A stretch of 63,914 nt of DNA, the filler included, from Nanobdellota archaeon (GTDB taxonomy: Archaea; Nanobdellota; Nanobdellia; B33-G15), in assembly GCA_003660925.1 (NCBI GenBank). It is 5 parts of 5 records of this genome, joined end to end, with 100 filler letters (N's around TTAATTAATTAA, not from the genome) between each part and the next. Parts side by side here need not be neighbours in the genome. Positions count along the whole stretch, not along the records: positions 15,970 to 30,844 come from QMVD01000011.1; positions 30,945 to 45,035 come from QMVD01000013.1; 3 more parts are not named here. One strand, given 5' to 3'. This document shows positions 27,075-39,900 of this stretch, piece after piece. A program made the position numbers and the translations under genes. Under the pieces are notes generated by a model. It saw only the letters and a list, made by a program, of their open reading frames with translations. It had not been told where the DNA came from and searched no databases. Each line of letters opens with the position of its first letter. Within the stretch, counting starts at the first letter, position 1.

Positions 27075-27494
27075 ATGAAAGAAAAGAAGGTCCTCTATCC
27101 GAGGGCCTTAAAGGCGCTCCCACTTCCAGGGACAGTGAAGCCCTTCTTGAAAGCACTGTACGACGCGGAGTTCCTCCTCCTGACAGAGGGCCCGAGAGAA
27201 GGGATTAAACCCATCAGGAGCTACGTGAAGGAGACGGCGGATGGGCTCTCTAAAACCCTGAACAGCCCGGAGTTCGAGAAGAAGACCCTTGACTTCACCA
27301 TCTTGATGGTGGACGGAGCCGGAAAGGTACTGCCCTTCCTGCTGCTCTATCAGCTCGATAGACCCGTCGAAGCAGCCATCACCTACTACGTCCTCGACAT
27401 CATAGAGGAGAAGCTGAGAGGGAAGAGGATGGCCCTGGAGGAGAAAGGGCTGAAGAGGAACGCGGAGGGGAGGGAGCTGGAAGCCCTCCTCTAA
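27075..27494 (+). CDS. Hypothetical protein
   Basis: Isolated ORF with upstream TTTTTTAAA and GGAGGTG. Confidence 0.65.
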   Translation: MKEKKVLYPRALKALPLPGTVKPFLKALYDAEFLLLTEGPREGIKPIRSYVKETADGLSKTLNSPEFEKKTLDFTILMVDGAGKVLPFLLLYQLDRPVEAAITYYVLDIIEEKLRGKRMALEEKGLKRNAEGRELEALL

Positions 27495-27522
27495 CCTTTA
27501 TTATTTTAAATAAGGACCTCCA

Positions 27523-28026
27523 ATGAAAGACATGAGGTGTTTTTTGGCCATCGAACTCCCAGAGCACGTCAAAGATCAAATAGAGGAGTTCAAGAAGTGG
27601 GTGAGGGGGAGGGTGAAGTTCGTTGAGAAGAAGAACCTCCACCTCACCCTCAGGTTTTTGGGGGATGTGGATCCGAATCAAGTCATGAAAGCACTAGAAG
27701 ACGTGGAGTTCAAACCCTTCACTGCCAAGTTGGAAGGAATCGGTTTCTTCCCGAATGAGAGGTTCATAAGGGTTATTTGGATAGGAGTGGGAAAGGGGAG
27801 CGAAGAAATTGAGAAGTTGCACGAGGAGATCGAGAGGAGATTGGGAAGGGATGAGCGTTTCGTTCCTCACGTCACCATAGCCCGGGCGAAAGGGAGAGTG
27901 GAAGTCTTGAAGAGGGAGTTCTCCTCCGACGAGTTCGAGGTGAGTTCTTTCTCCCTCTTCAGGTCAACCTTGACCCCTAAAGGCCCCATATACGAGGTCA
28001 TTGCTTCTTTCCCCACCCGCTCTTAG
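27523..28026 (+). CDS. thpR: RNA 2',3'-cyclic phosphodiesterase (2H family)
   Basis: RCFLAI, HLTLRFLG, PHVTIAR, S.LTPKGPIY. Confidence 0.93.
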   Translation: MKDMRCFLAIELPEHVKDQIEEFKKWVRGRVKFVEKKNLHLTLRFLGDVDPNQVMKALEDVEFKPFTAKLEGIGFFPNERFIRVIWIGVGKGSEEIEKLHEEIERRLGRDERFVPHVTIARAKGRVEVLKREFSSDEFEVSSFSLFRSTLTPKGPIYEVIASFPTRS

Positions 28027-30019
28027 TTTCGCAATTTGGATCCAAGCACATTTTGAAAGGTCTCTTCCCTTTCCTGAACACGTAGATGATGGGAGTGCCG
28101 CATTTCTCGCACGTCTTCTCCGTCTTCTTGATCACTCCTACCCTCGGGATGGGGTACATGTTCTTACACTTCGGGTAATTGCTGCAACCCACGAATCTCC
28201 CTTTCTTAGTGTATATGATCTTCAGGTTCCCGCCACACTTCGGACACTTTCCCAAGGTCCTTTCTTCCTCCCTCGTCCTCATTAGGGCATCGTCGAGTAT
28301 CTTCCCAATCTTCTCCTCATTTTCCTTGAACTCCTTCAGGATCTCCCTTAACACAGCTCTCGCCTCTTCCAAGACCTTCTCCATAGGGATCTTCTCTTGC
28401 ATCACTTCCTCCATTTTTCGCTCGAATTCCCTGGTCAACTCTTCGCTCAGGATGGTTGGGCAGTACTTCTCCAAGGCCTCCACCAGAGTCATGCCTAGTT
28501 CGGTCACTTGGATGCTCTTGTTCACTATGTACCCCCTATCGTACAAAGTTTGGAGGATCTGGGCTCTCGTAGCTTTAGTTCCCAAGTTCTTCTTCTCCAT
28601 TTCCTTTATGATGGACCCTTGGGTGTACCTTTGCGGGGGTTGTGTCTCTTTCTCCAACTTCTCCAGCTCCTTCACCTCTATCTCCTCCCCAATCTTCACT
28701 TCTGGAAACTCCACTTCTTGCAGCTTGAGGAACGGCTTATAAGCCCTCATCCACCCTTCCTTTAGCGTCCTGGAGCCAGAGGTCAAGAACTCGTTCCCGT
28801 TGATGTCAACGGTCAAGGATATGCTCTCCCTCTTCGCGGGCTCCATGAAACAAGAGAGGAATCTCCTGACTATCAGTTCGTATATCTTCTTTTCAGGTCC
28901 AGTCAACTTTTTTGGAACCTCCCCTGTTGGGTGGATAGCTGGGTGAGCAGGGTCCTTTTTCTTCCCCTCATGAGGTTCCACTTCCCCCTTTAAGATTTCC
29001 TGGCAGAGCTCCTTAAACTCCTTTTGAGCGGATAATTTCTTCAAAATCCCTCTTAAATCCAACTGTTTTGGGAGCTTTTGGCTTGAGGTTCTCGGATAAG
29101 AGATGTAGGCTTGAGTGTATAAAGATTGAGCTATATCTAAGGTCCTCTTCGGGGAGTAACCAAATAAGTTGTAAGCTTCTGTTTGAAGAGAAGTGAGGTC
29201 GAATGGGGCGGGGGGATTCTTCTTCACGACCCTTTTCTTCACGTCTTTCACGACACCCTTCTTTCCCTCGCAACTCCTGACGACCTCGTCCGCCCTTTTC
29301 TCTTCCCATATCTGCTTCTCCCTGTAGAGGGCCTCGAACTCCTTTCCTTTCAAGCGAAATTTCAAGATGACCTGCCAGAAGGGCCTTGGTTTGAAGGCCC
29401 TTATCTCCCTTTCCCTCCTGACTAAGAAGTAAAGCATGGGGCCTTGAACCCTCCCTATGGAGAGAACGCTGAACACCTTTCCCACTTTCTTGATGGAGTG
29501 AGTTAGGGCCCTCGAAAGGTTTATGCCGTAATACCAATCCAAGGTGTGTCTAGTTAGACCAGCTTTGATCATCCCCTTGTTTAACTCTATGGGATTCTGG
29601 AAGGCATGGAGCAATTCCTCTTTTGTGAGGGTGGAGAACTTCATTCGCTTAGCCTTCTCCCTGTTGAATACGAACCTCAAGATGTTGTATCCTATGACGC
29701 TCCCTTCCACATCATAATCGGTAGCTATGTAGATGTCTTCAGCCACATCAGCGAACTTCTTCAAGTTTTCCAAGTACTTCCTAGCATATTCGTTCCTCTT
29801 GTTTATCTCAAATGTAGGGGCCCACTCGACCTCGAACACAGGATAATAACTTCCACTCGTGGCTTGCTTCAATCCGAACAAATGACCCACAGCGGGTATC
29901 ACTACCTTGTTTCCAACCTGAAAGTAATGGGCGCCTCCTTCTTCCTTCTTCTCGGGTTCGCCCAAAGCCATAGCTATGCGCTCCGCAGCTGCGGGCTTTT
30001 CAGCTATAATTATAATCAT
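27998..30019 (-). CDS. topA: DNA topoisomerase IA
   Basis: AEKP, ATDYDVEG, SIGRVQ, ISYPRT, GTKATRA, C-terminal Zn ribbons. Confidence 0.96.
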   Translation of the reverse strand: MIIIIAEKPAAAERIAMALGEPEKKEEGGAHYFQVGNKVVIPAVGHLFGLKQATSGSYYPVFEVEWAPTFEINKRNEYARKYLENLKKFADVAEDIYIATDYDVEGSVIGYNILRFVFNREKAKRMKFSTLTKEELLHAFQNPIELNKGMIKAGLTRHTLDWYYGINLSRALTHSIKKVGKVFSVLSIGRVQGPMLYFLVRREREIRAFKPRPFWQVILKFRLKGKEFEALYREKQIWEEKRADEVVRSCEGKKGVVKDVKKRVVKKNPPAPFDLTSLQTEAYNLFGYSPKRTLDIAQSLYTQAYISYPRTSSQKLPKQLDLRGILKKLSAQKEFKELCQEILKGEVEPHEGKKKDPAHPAIHPTGEVPKKLTGPEKKIYELIVRRFLSCFMEPAKRESISLTVDINGNEFLTSGSRTLKEGWMRAYKPFLKLQEVEFPEVKIGEEIEVKELEKLEKETQPPQRYTQGSIIKEMEKKNLGTKATRAQILQTLYDRGYIVNKSIQVTELGMTLVEALEKYCPTILSEELTREFERKMEEVMQEKIPMEKVLEEARAVLREILKEFKENEEKIGKILDDALMRTREEERTLGKCPKCGGNLKIIYTKKGRFVGCSNYPKCKNMYPIPRVGVIKKTEKTCEKCGTPIIYVFRKGKRPFKMCLDPNCETKSGWGKKQ

Positions 30020-30055
30020 GGGTGGAGAAAAAGTGAAAACCCTTTTAATGTTTTT

Positions 30056-30844
30056 CTACTTGGTCGTGACCTTCCCTCCCACTATTAGGGTGTGCTCGAA
30101 CTGGCTCACCATCCCACCACTCTTCTCCACTAAGGGAGGATAAGCCTTGAGGGCACCTTCTCTACAGAGCAAGCTCAATTTAGGGTCCTTCACCCAGAAT
30201 TTTGAGAAGGGGAGGCCGTGATACTCTTCTTCCAACTTCTTCAAGAGCTCCCTTCCAACACGCCCCTTCTTCACCACCCTAAATATCTTGGGCTCCCCCT
30301 TCTCTATCACATAACCCACCCCGTCCGTGAAGAATGGTTCTATTGCCACCACCATTCCCTCTTCCAACGTGCTCTTGTCCTTGTTGTCGTAATTAGGGAT
30401 GCCCAAGCCGGCATGTAGTTCATATCTGGATATGGAGTGGCCAGTGAGGTTCTTGATCACATTAAAACCATATTTTGAGGCGACTTCCTCAACCACTTTT
30501 CCTATCTCCCGTACTTGGACCCCAGGTCTTGCCACTTTCAACGCCTTTCTCAGGGCCTCCTCATTCGCCCTTATCATCTCCACATACCTTCTCGACCCAA
30601 TCTCCTTGGTCACCGCGGTGTCAGCTATGTAACCATCGAGGTGTACCCCTATATCCAGTTTCACTAAATCTCCTTTTTCAAAACACCTTTCATCTCCTTC
30701 TCCGGATGTGTCGTGTGCAGCACACTCATTCACCGAAATGTTCACCGGAAACGCCAATCTCGCTCCAGAATTCTTCACGAAATCCTCTATGACCTCCACG
30801 ACTTCTCTGTAGAGGATTCCTTCCTTGAGGAGAGAATATCCGAG
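30056..30844 (-). CDS. map: Methionine aminopeptidase type II (5' truncated)
   Basis: AFPVNISVNECAAH, DIGVHLDGYIADTA, NLTGH, AIEPF, QFEHT. Confidence 0.95.
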   Translation of the reverse strand, partial: LGYSLLKEGILYREVVEVIEDFVKNSGARLAFPVNISVNECAAHDTSGEGDERCFEKGDLVKLDIGVHLDGYIADTAVTKEIGSRRYVEMIRANEEALRKALKVARPGVQVREIGKVVEEVASKYGFNVIKNLTGHSISRYELHAGLGIPNYDNKDKSTLEEGMVVAIEPFFTDGVGYVIEKGEPKIFRVVKKGRVGRELLKKLEEEYHGLPFSKFWVKDPKLSLLCREGALKAYPPLVEKSGGMVSQFEHTLIVGGKVTTK

Positions 30845-30944
30845 NNNNNNNNNNNNNNNNNNNNNNNNNNNNNNNNNNNNNNNNNNNNTTAATTAATTAA
30901 NNNNNNNNNNNNNNNNNNNNNNNNNNNNNNNNNNNNNNNNNNNN
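30845..30944. other. Assembly spacer
   Basis: N run with TTAATTAATTAA at 30889-30900. Confidence 0.97.
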
Positions 30945-30945
30945 G

Positions 30946-33900
30946 AGGTATTTTGTGAGGAAAGTCAAGATCGCGGACATCCAGTGGTACGGAAAGTATG
31001 GGGGCATGTATAACCTATCTGTTTTGATAGCTAACCCCTTCTCTCAAACTTATCAGGGCAACCTGACTTTAAATCTCACTAACGGACAAGTCTACTACTC
31101 CAACATCACTAACGTCACCATAAATCCCAACGACATCACAGAGGCCAACTTCTACAACGTGAACCTCACGAACTTATCCGATGGCTTGTATTATTGGGTG
31201 GCGGAGCTAGAATATGATGAGGGAAGGGATGTGAGGAAGGAGGAGTTCAATTACTTCGCCACGGAAGAACGCATATACGTGCCACCCTATATGTGCCCGA
31301 ATACCACTGATACGGTCAAGATAGAGCTCATGAAGATGTTAGAGGAAACTTCGGAGATGAACATAACCCTTCAAGTCCCTCCTGGTTGGAGCTTCTCTCC
31401 ACCTTACAGGTACTTCCACAATTACTGGAGGAAGAGCCTAGAGACCACGTTCCTCTTGAACTCCTCTTCGGTTTCCGAGAGCGTCATCATCAACGTGTCC
31501 ATCACCGTGATCTATCCGGATTTGGGCCTTAACTTCACCGAGATAAAATCCTACAACGTGACGAATGGCATCCAACCCATTCTGGAAGTCATAAGGGAGA
31601 CCCCTACTTATGTTGCCACGGATAAGGTCTTCGAGTCCTCTTTGGTAGTCCATAACAAGGGATGCGCGGTCGCGAGTGGCCCCATAACTCTAGAGGAAAC
31701 CATATCTCCTGGTTGGACCCCTGCGAACCCCAGTCTTTCAAGCAATGTGGAGCTCATTTCCGCCACTGTGGATTTGGATAACAACAAGATCACTTGGGAG
31801 ATGGGGAGCCTCGGAATAAACGAGTACGGAGTGGCGAGTTATCAGGTCAAATCACCATCCACATCTTCCACTTTGGGATGGATGTACTGGAACGTGAGCT
31901 ATGGTTCCCAGGGCCAATTAGAATACAAGAACCACTCAGTCCAGACTTCCAATTACTCATCCGAATCTCACCTTGAGTATGATCTGGAAGTGAAGCAAAA
32001 AGAGGAGTATCCGTGGAAGGAACCCAGGAGCTTCCAACCCAATATGACATACAACTTCACTTTAAAAGTCACCAACATAGGGGACATCAATGCCACGAAT
32101 TGGACGATTTACCTCCCCATCCCCGACTTCTGTAACGTCACTTGGACGGATGGTTGCTGGAATGAGAGCGCTAAGGAGATAAGCTGGAATCTTTCGGAGC
32201 TCGCTCCCAGGGAGACCTCTCTCCTTAACTTTACCCTGAACTGTTCCGAAACAGGGAGACTACTCCTCGAACCTTATGGCTTAAGGGATACTAGGGGCTC
32301 CTCCTACTACGAGGATAGCGTGTACTATCTTTGTAATGACACCAATTGCACGGAGGAATATACCCACGCTTTCCAGCACCCAAATGAACCCTACGAGGGG
32401 ATAGGTTGGTTCGGCATCTATCACGTCCATGAGTTCCAAGGCTACAACCTAACTATCGGGGAGATGAGGATAGACATATCCAAGGACGACGGAAGCTATG
32501 AGGTGGTGCACGAGCATTATGACTTCTTCAGCACGAACGGGAGTAGGTGGGCTAATTACTCCATCTCAGAACCATTGAAGGACGAGTTCGTCTCTCCAAC
32601 CCGCAAGATAAGGATTTATGGCTATGCGGATGCCACGAAGGATCCCTTCGTCAACGCTACGGTGACCGTCATCGCGTACAGGTGGGACTATGGAAAGCTG
32701 TTCAATGAAAGCCAAGACTTGTTCGTGAAGTCCAAAGTATACACCTACACACCACTGTTGGAGAACGAGACGGTATCCCCGACCTCAGGAGGATGGGGAG
32801 AGGAATTCAACTTCACCGTCATGGTCAGGGACAGGTTCGGGAGGAACGTTACGGTCTATGGATGGCATAGGTCCACCACCCTCTCCGAGTACGAGAATTA
32901 CTCCCTCGTGGACACCTACCTCTGTAACAACTGTTACTCTTGGACCCAAGTGAACTTCACTTTTGATTACAACTGTAGCTTAATAGGAGGATGGAGGTTC
33001 CTGTTTAATGCCACCAACGATGATGGAAGCTCAAACACGACGGAACTTGAGTACACTGTGACCAAGGATGACGTCAAAGTGTACAACATAACTCCCTCCT
33101 TCGGATCTGTGGTGAACAGGAGCGGCTCAACCGATTTCGTGGTGCAGGTTTACGACAGTGATAACGGCTCTTATCCCTACCAGGCCTTAGGTAAAATATG
33201 GATAAACACCTTCGACACGAGCTTCAGCACGTGGGACTCTCCACCTCCCTCGCAGACCAACCAAACAGGACACCTCATAAGGACCATGTCCAACTCTGAT
33301 TGGTGTTCTGATGAGACCAAGTACTATTTGGGAGTGCACGCATGGTATGGAGGAACATCTGGAGACTCCTGCCTCTTCGACAACGTGACTCAATACTCCA
33401 ATTTCACCCTGATGGGGGAATTAACGGCCAACTTGCTCGGGCCTCAAGGGACTAATTACACGAGAAGCAACGTTACGAGGATAAACGGGACGGTCTTCGA
33501 CGACTGCGGAAATCAAAAAGCAAGCGTATCTGACTTCCCCGTGAACTTTACAGTCCAAAATGGAAACTACAACAAGACCTTCACAGCCACCACCTCAGGA
33601 AATTACTATATATATGATTGGAACCTCTCCTCTGCTCCGCTCGGTTGGTACAACATCACCATGTTCGCTTACAGGCCCCAAGGGGACTACTGGAATGGGA
33701 CGGATGTCATCGTGAACGCCTTCTTCCTCGGGACAGTTCCCGTAATAGATAACTGGACGATCTCCTCTGGTCCTTGGGGGGCATCGCCCTTCAACTTCAC
33801 CACCAACGTCACGGATGAGGACAACAACACGGTCTGGATATGGTATTTTATGAAGAAAGGGTCCACCCCAACCCCATCCGATTTGGTGTTCACCGACAAT

Positions 33901-36900
33901 TGTACTTACTGCGATAGTTACTACTCCATCTACCAGCACAACTTCACTTGCAACGCCACTTATAGCGATGTGGGAACATGGTATATAACCTTCAAGTTCA
34001 ACGACACCTCTGGATTCAAAAACCAGAGCACTCAGAGCTTCACCGTGCAGGAGGAACCCATAACTGTCCAGCACAGGAGCGGAGACGGGCTCCCCGTGAA
34101 CAGGAGTTCTGGTTCCATCCTGCTTTCCGCTTACTTAGTGGACACCGTCCTTAACCAGAACGTGACGGATTCCGAGATAAGCACGAGTAATGTGAAGTTC
34201 TGGGTGCTTAACTCCTCGAGTTATTTCCAGTTGCCCTCTTCCTTTACTCTTGATTACTACTACAATGACTTCGACCCCAACTGTTCCTTCGCTCCAGGTG
34301 CATATAAGTGGAAGGTGAATGAGAGCAATGAACCGTGTTACGTGGACGCGGAGAGCGTCAATTTTTCCATCATCATACTCGGCGATTTAAGCGCTACGCT
34401 CACCCAACCCGACGGTTCCACCAATTACACGGAAGGTGCCATCATAACCCTGAAGGGATACGTACAAGACGATTGTGGACTTAACGTGACGGACGCGAAC
34501 GTGTACTTCAACCTCACTAACTTGAGGACGAACGAGAGCTTCAGGTGTCCTCAAACAGGATACGCCACCTACACCTCAGGTTACTACACATGCGATTGGG
34601 ACTCCACTGAGAAGTCGAGCGGATGGTACAACGTGACCGTGGTAGCGAACAAGAGCTATTACAACAACGATTCTTATACCCAAGGCTATGCCTTCTTCCT
34701 CGTGACCCCAGTGAAGTTGACGAATCCAACTCTTACCGTTCCTGACGACGGGAGTTGGGGAGAGCCTCACAACTTCTCGGTTGTGGTGGACCATTATGCG
34801 GACGTGCAAGTGTGCCTCTTGGAGAAGATACCACCTGCCACAGAATACACCGTGACGAACTGTACGCTGGTCTCCACTCCAAACAATCAACTCGTTAGCT
34901 TCATCAGGACTTACACCTGCGCGGAAAAGGAGAAATCCCTCTACTACAGGTTCAACGCGTCCGAACCAGGGGTGCCTGAGAGCTACAGCGAGACGGACAA
35001 CTACACGCACTATGTCACCAAGGATGACGTGGAATTCATCCACATATATGGGAATGAGACCTCAGTGAACAGACAGGGAGAGGATAACACAACCTTCATC
35101 CTCTTGGTGAATGACACGGACAGGGGTCAACCCGCCGCCTTTAATCCCACTTTCAACTCACCTATCATCTACTTCAAGATATACAACGGCACGGCATTCC
35201 TAGACGACGGCTCAAACCCAACTAACTCTTCTGGTTACGTCACCCACTACTTCAATCCCAACTGTTCTTATGAGGCGGGGAAGCAGGAGTGGTACGGTTA
35301 CATCTCATTCATAGATAACTGTTACAAGGAGACCAACAGTTCCAAGTACAACGTCTCCATCATAGGTCAACTCGTCCCAAATGTCACTTACCCGATAAAC
35401 GAAGTCTTCAACAGGACAGCGGAATTGATCATTAACATAACTGGAGATGTGATGGACGAGTGTGGCCTCCACTACATAAACAACTCTGAGGTAAACTTCA
35501 CCATGTACAGCATAGCCTTCGGGACCACATATTATTGCGATTCCATAGGGAACTATGGGAACGGGACGTACAACTGCACTTTCAACGCCACCAACGCGGA
35601 TGAGGGCTGGTACAACGTGACCATGAACGCCACCAATGTCTCTTACTACAACAACGGGAGCTTCACGAGGTACAAGTCCTTCAAGATAGTTCAGGTGTGG
35701 GTGCCCCCTGTACTGAAGAACGAGACGGCGATCCCGGAGGGGGATGGAGGTTGGGGGGAGAACTGGACTTTCCTCGTGAACGTGAGCGATGAGAATGGGG
35801 ATGATGTCAACGTGAGCTTCTGGCTTTCTCCAGATAATTTGACGTGGAACTACATCACCTCCCAAATGTGTTACGACTGTGGCCTCGAAACCCAACTTAC
35901 CTTTTACTACGACAACTTCTCCTGTTCAGACATGCCCACTTACTACTTCAAGTTCAATGCGACGGATGCCCATAATTCCACGGACAGACCTTCATTTAAC
36001 ATCACCCTGGGAAAGGACGATGTGGTGATAGAGTATGTGTTCGGGAACAACAGCGACATCAACAGGGGAGAGTACGCACCCCTCATCCTTAGGATCAATG
36101 ACACGGACAGAGGAGGGTATGTCGGCTCCGGAGTTTCGGGCGCGATTTGGGTCACCACTGACGGTTCCAACTACGGTCCCGCCAACACGAACCAGACGAA
36201 CGAGTCCGGTTACTTGGTATACTACTTCTCGCCTGATTGCACCTATCTCGCGATGGAGCAGATGTGGACGGGAGGGACCTCAGGAGACTCGTGTTATATG
36301 GACGCCAACATCACGGAGCAACTCAACCTCTCGGTCTTCGGTTGGATAAGGAACCTGATAATCCAGCCGACGGGAGACACGGGTTCGGGAGGTTCTGATG
36401 TATTCGCTAAAGGAGAAAATGTCACCATAAAAGTGAACGTCACTGATTGGTGCAATTATACCGTCCAAAACGCGGACCTCTCCATAAACGTGACCCATAG
36501 GGGGGAGGAGCACGAGTGCACGCCTTACTTTGAGGAAGGGAGCGGTGTCTACAACTGCACTTGGAACTCCTCGGTGGGTTCGGGCGGATTATATGATATA
36601 AAGGTATGGAGCAATGCGAGTTACTACAACTACAACCTCAGTTATCACCCGGAGATGTTCTTCGTCCAAGTGAACCCGCAGCTCTTCGACGAGTACGTCT
36701 CTCCAGTCTCTAGTCCTTGGGGCACCACCTTCTACTTTTACATCAATGTCACGGACGAGGACGAGACGGTTACACTCTACCTCTGGGAGACAAAGGACAA
36801 CGTGACGTGGTACCAGAGGGACTCCACCACTTGCTCCAACTGCACTAACGTGCAAAAAGTACTTTCTTACGGTCACGATCTGCCTGGAGATATAGGATTG

Positions 36901-39900
36901 TGGTGGTGGAAGATAAACGCGACCGATGAACACTCAGGATTCAACGAGACCTCAAATCACACGGTCAACGTCACCAAGAGGCCCGTCAGGGTCGAGTACT
37001 ACTACGGGAATAACAGCGTGGTTCACAGGGTCGACAACACCACTGTCCTGAGCACTATAGTATACGATGATTTCACGGACACTGTGATCACCTCTGGATT
37101 GACTGGAAGATATTATGTCACTGTGAACGGGACGGATTATGGAACACCTGTAACCGCTGCTCACGCTGATGGATTCCTTAACGCCACCTTTGACCCAGAT
37201 TGCAACTATTGGGTAGGGAAACAGAAATGGTACGCGGAGGTGGATGAGAGCGCCAACTACTTCGGAAATGTTTCCGATGTGTTCTACTTGGATATCATGG
37301 CCAACTTGACCCCGAACATATCCTATCCATACGGCCAAGTGTTCGGAAGGGGAGACATAGTTCCCATATCCGTCGAGGTATGGGACGAGTGTGATTTCAC
37401 CGTGGGAGTTAGTGTCCAGGTGAACGTGAGCCAAGGCGAGACGGAGTATCAATGTTCCCCTGTAAGTGATCAAGGAAATGGGACTTACATATGTAATTGG
37501 GACACGACGGGCCTCCCACTCGGATGGTGGAACGTGAGCGCACTCGCGAGCAATCAATCTTATATAAAAGGATATGATTTCCAGGAAAACGCCTTTGAGG
37601 TGGAGCAGAGACCAGAGCTGTACAACCAGAGTGTCTCCCCAGAACAAGAAGGTTGGGGTTACCTCTTCAACTTCAACATAACGGTGAGGGATGGGGATCC
37701 AGGGGACGTGATAAACGTTAGTTTGTGGAAGGCCCACGACCTCTCAGGACCGTGGTTCTACGTGAACTCCACCAACTGCACGAACTGCTTGGATAACACG
37801 ACGCTCCCATTCTACGAGAGGTTCTCATGTGAGGATTACTTGAACAACACCACCCTCTACTTCAAGTTCACCGCAGAGGACTCCTATGGCCTCATCCAGG
37901 AGACCGCCCCAGGTAACATAACTTTGGAAAGGGATGATCTCTCCCTTATAGTCGTCTCCGGTTCCGGGGCGAGCGTGAGTAGAGGAGGGATGACGTCCCT
38001 GGTGGTGCTCTTGAACGACACGGACTACGGCCAACCCGTGCCAGCCGGAGTGAACGGGAGCTTCCAAGTCACCTATGATGGGGTTAACTATTGGTCCAAG
38101 GTCTATAATGTGACAGATTCATCGGGGTACTTGACTTACCACTTCTCTCCCAATTGTTCTTATGAGGCGAGAGACCAATACTGGTTCGCCTCAAGCGAGG
38201 ACGTCTGCTACGTGCAGACATCCACTTCCACTCAGGTCCTCTACGTATACGGCTGGATCATGAACGACCTCATATCCCCAACCAAGGGCTCCCAATTCAA
38301 CGTGACGGATCAGATAAACATAAACGTGAGCCTCTCCACTGATTGTCCCTCCGAGGGACCATTAACGGATGCCACGGTTAACATAGACCTCATAAACAAC
38401 ATAACCTCGAGCTACTATCAGTGCGGTCAAGCGACGAACCAGGGTGGAGGCTACTACAACTGCACTTGGGATTCCACGGGGAAGGACGAGGGAGGATATC
38501 ACGTGAACGTCACTTCGAGCAGGAACTATTACAACACAAACACCACCATATACTATGACTGGTTCTGGCTTGAGAACAGACAACCTTCTTATTCCAACTT
38601 GAACGTGACCCCTAATTCAGGAGGTTGGGGAAAGAACTACACCTTCACCGTTGACATCACGGACCCGGAGAACGACACCGTAAACTGCACTCTGTTCGTG
38701 AACACCACGGGTCAGTTCGAGTACAGAGGATACGATGTCATAACCGCACCGGGCACTTGCTCGGTTACGGTGACTGACTTCACCTGCGCGGACATATCTA
38801 ATGCTTCCTTCCTTTTCCAGATAGACGACGGGACACCATCCAACCTGTTCAACACGACCATCTATTACGGACCCAACATGACCAAGGACACCTTGAACGT
38901 GTATCACTACTACGGTAATGAGACCTCTGTGAACAGGTTCGGGAGCAATTACACCCTGCTCGCGTTGACCTTCTACGACACGGACAGGGAAGTGAACGCT
39001 TCTGGAGTCAATGGCACTATTTGGATAACCTCTGATGGCACCACTTACACCTTCTCCAACTGGAGCCAAACGAACGACACGGGTCAGCTCGTGTTCTATC
39101 TGAATTCCGAGCACGGTTTCAACCCCAACTGTTCTTTCTCAGTCGGACTTCAATACTGGATAGGAGGGAGCACGGACTCCTGCTACTTCGACGTGAACAG
39201 CACGATGAATTTCACGGTTTACGTGGTAGGGGATCTGAACAACACCATCGTGCAACCCAACGGACAGGAGTTCTTAAGGGGAAGCAATGTGACCATAGTC
39301 GCGGACATCCCAGATGATTGTGGAGATTATATCACGGACGCCACCGTTAACTTCACGGTGTTTAAGGGGAGCAACCAGTTCTACTGCGATGAAATAGGTA
39401 ACTACGGGAACGGGACATATAACTGCACCTTCAACACCTCAGGACTGGCGACTAAATGGTGGAACATAACCATGTTCTCTAACAGGACGAATTACAACGA
39501 TGGTAACGTGACGAAGGTGAACGCGTTCTGGGTGGAGACGGAACCTAACCTCACAAATCCCTCCGTTAACCCAGAAGTGGGAGGCTGGGGGGAGACCTTC
39601 ACCTTCTCCGTCTACGTCACGGATGAGGATTACGACACGGTCACTGTCAGATGTTGGATAAGGAAAGAGGGAGGGAGTTGGGAGTCTTGCGGTTCCACCC
39701 AAAGGACTGGGATAGATCAGCTCGCGAGCTTTACCAAGACCTTCACAAGCGCAGATATAGGTAACTGGTCCTTGAAGTTCAACGCCACGGAAGACGATCA
39801 ATGGACGGACGAGACAACCCCCCTAAACTTCACCGTGGAGAAGGATGATGTGAACATAATTTATTGGGAAGGGAACAATACGGTGGTCAATAGGATATCC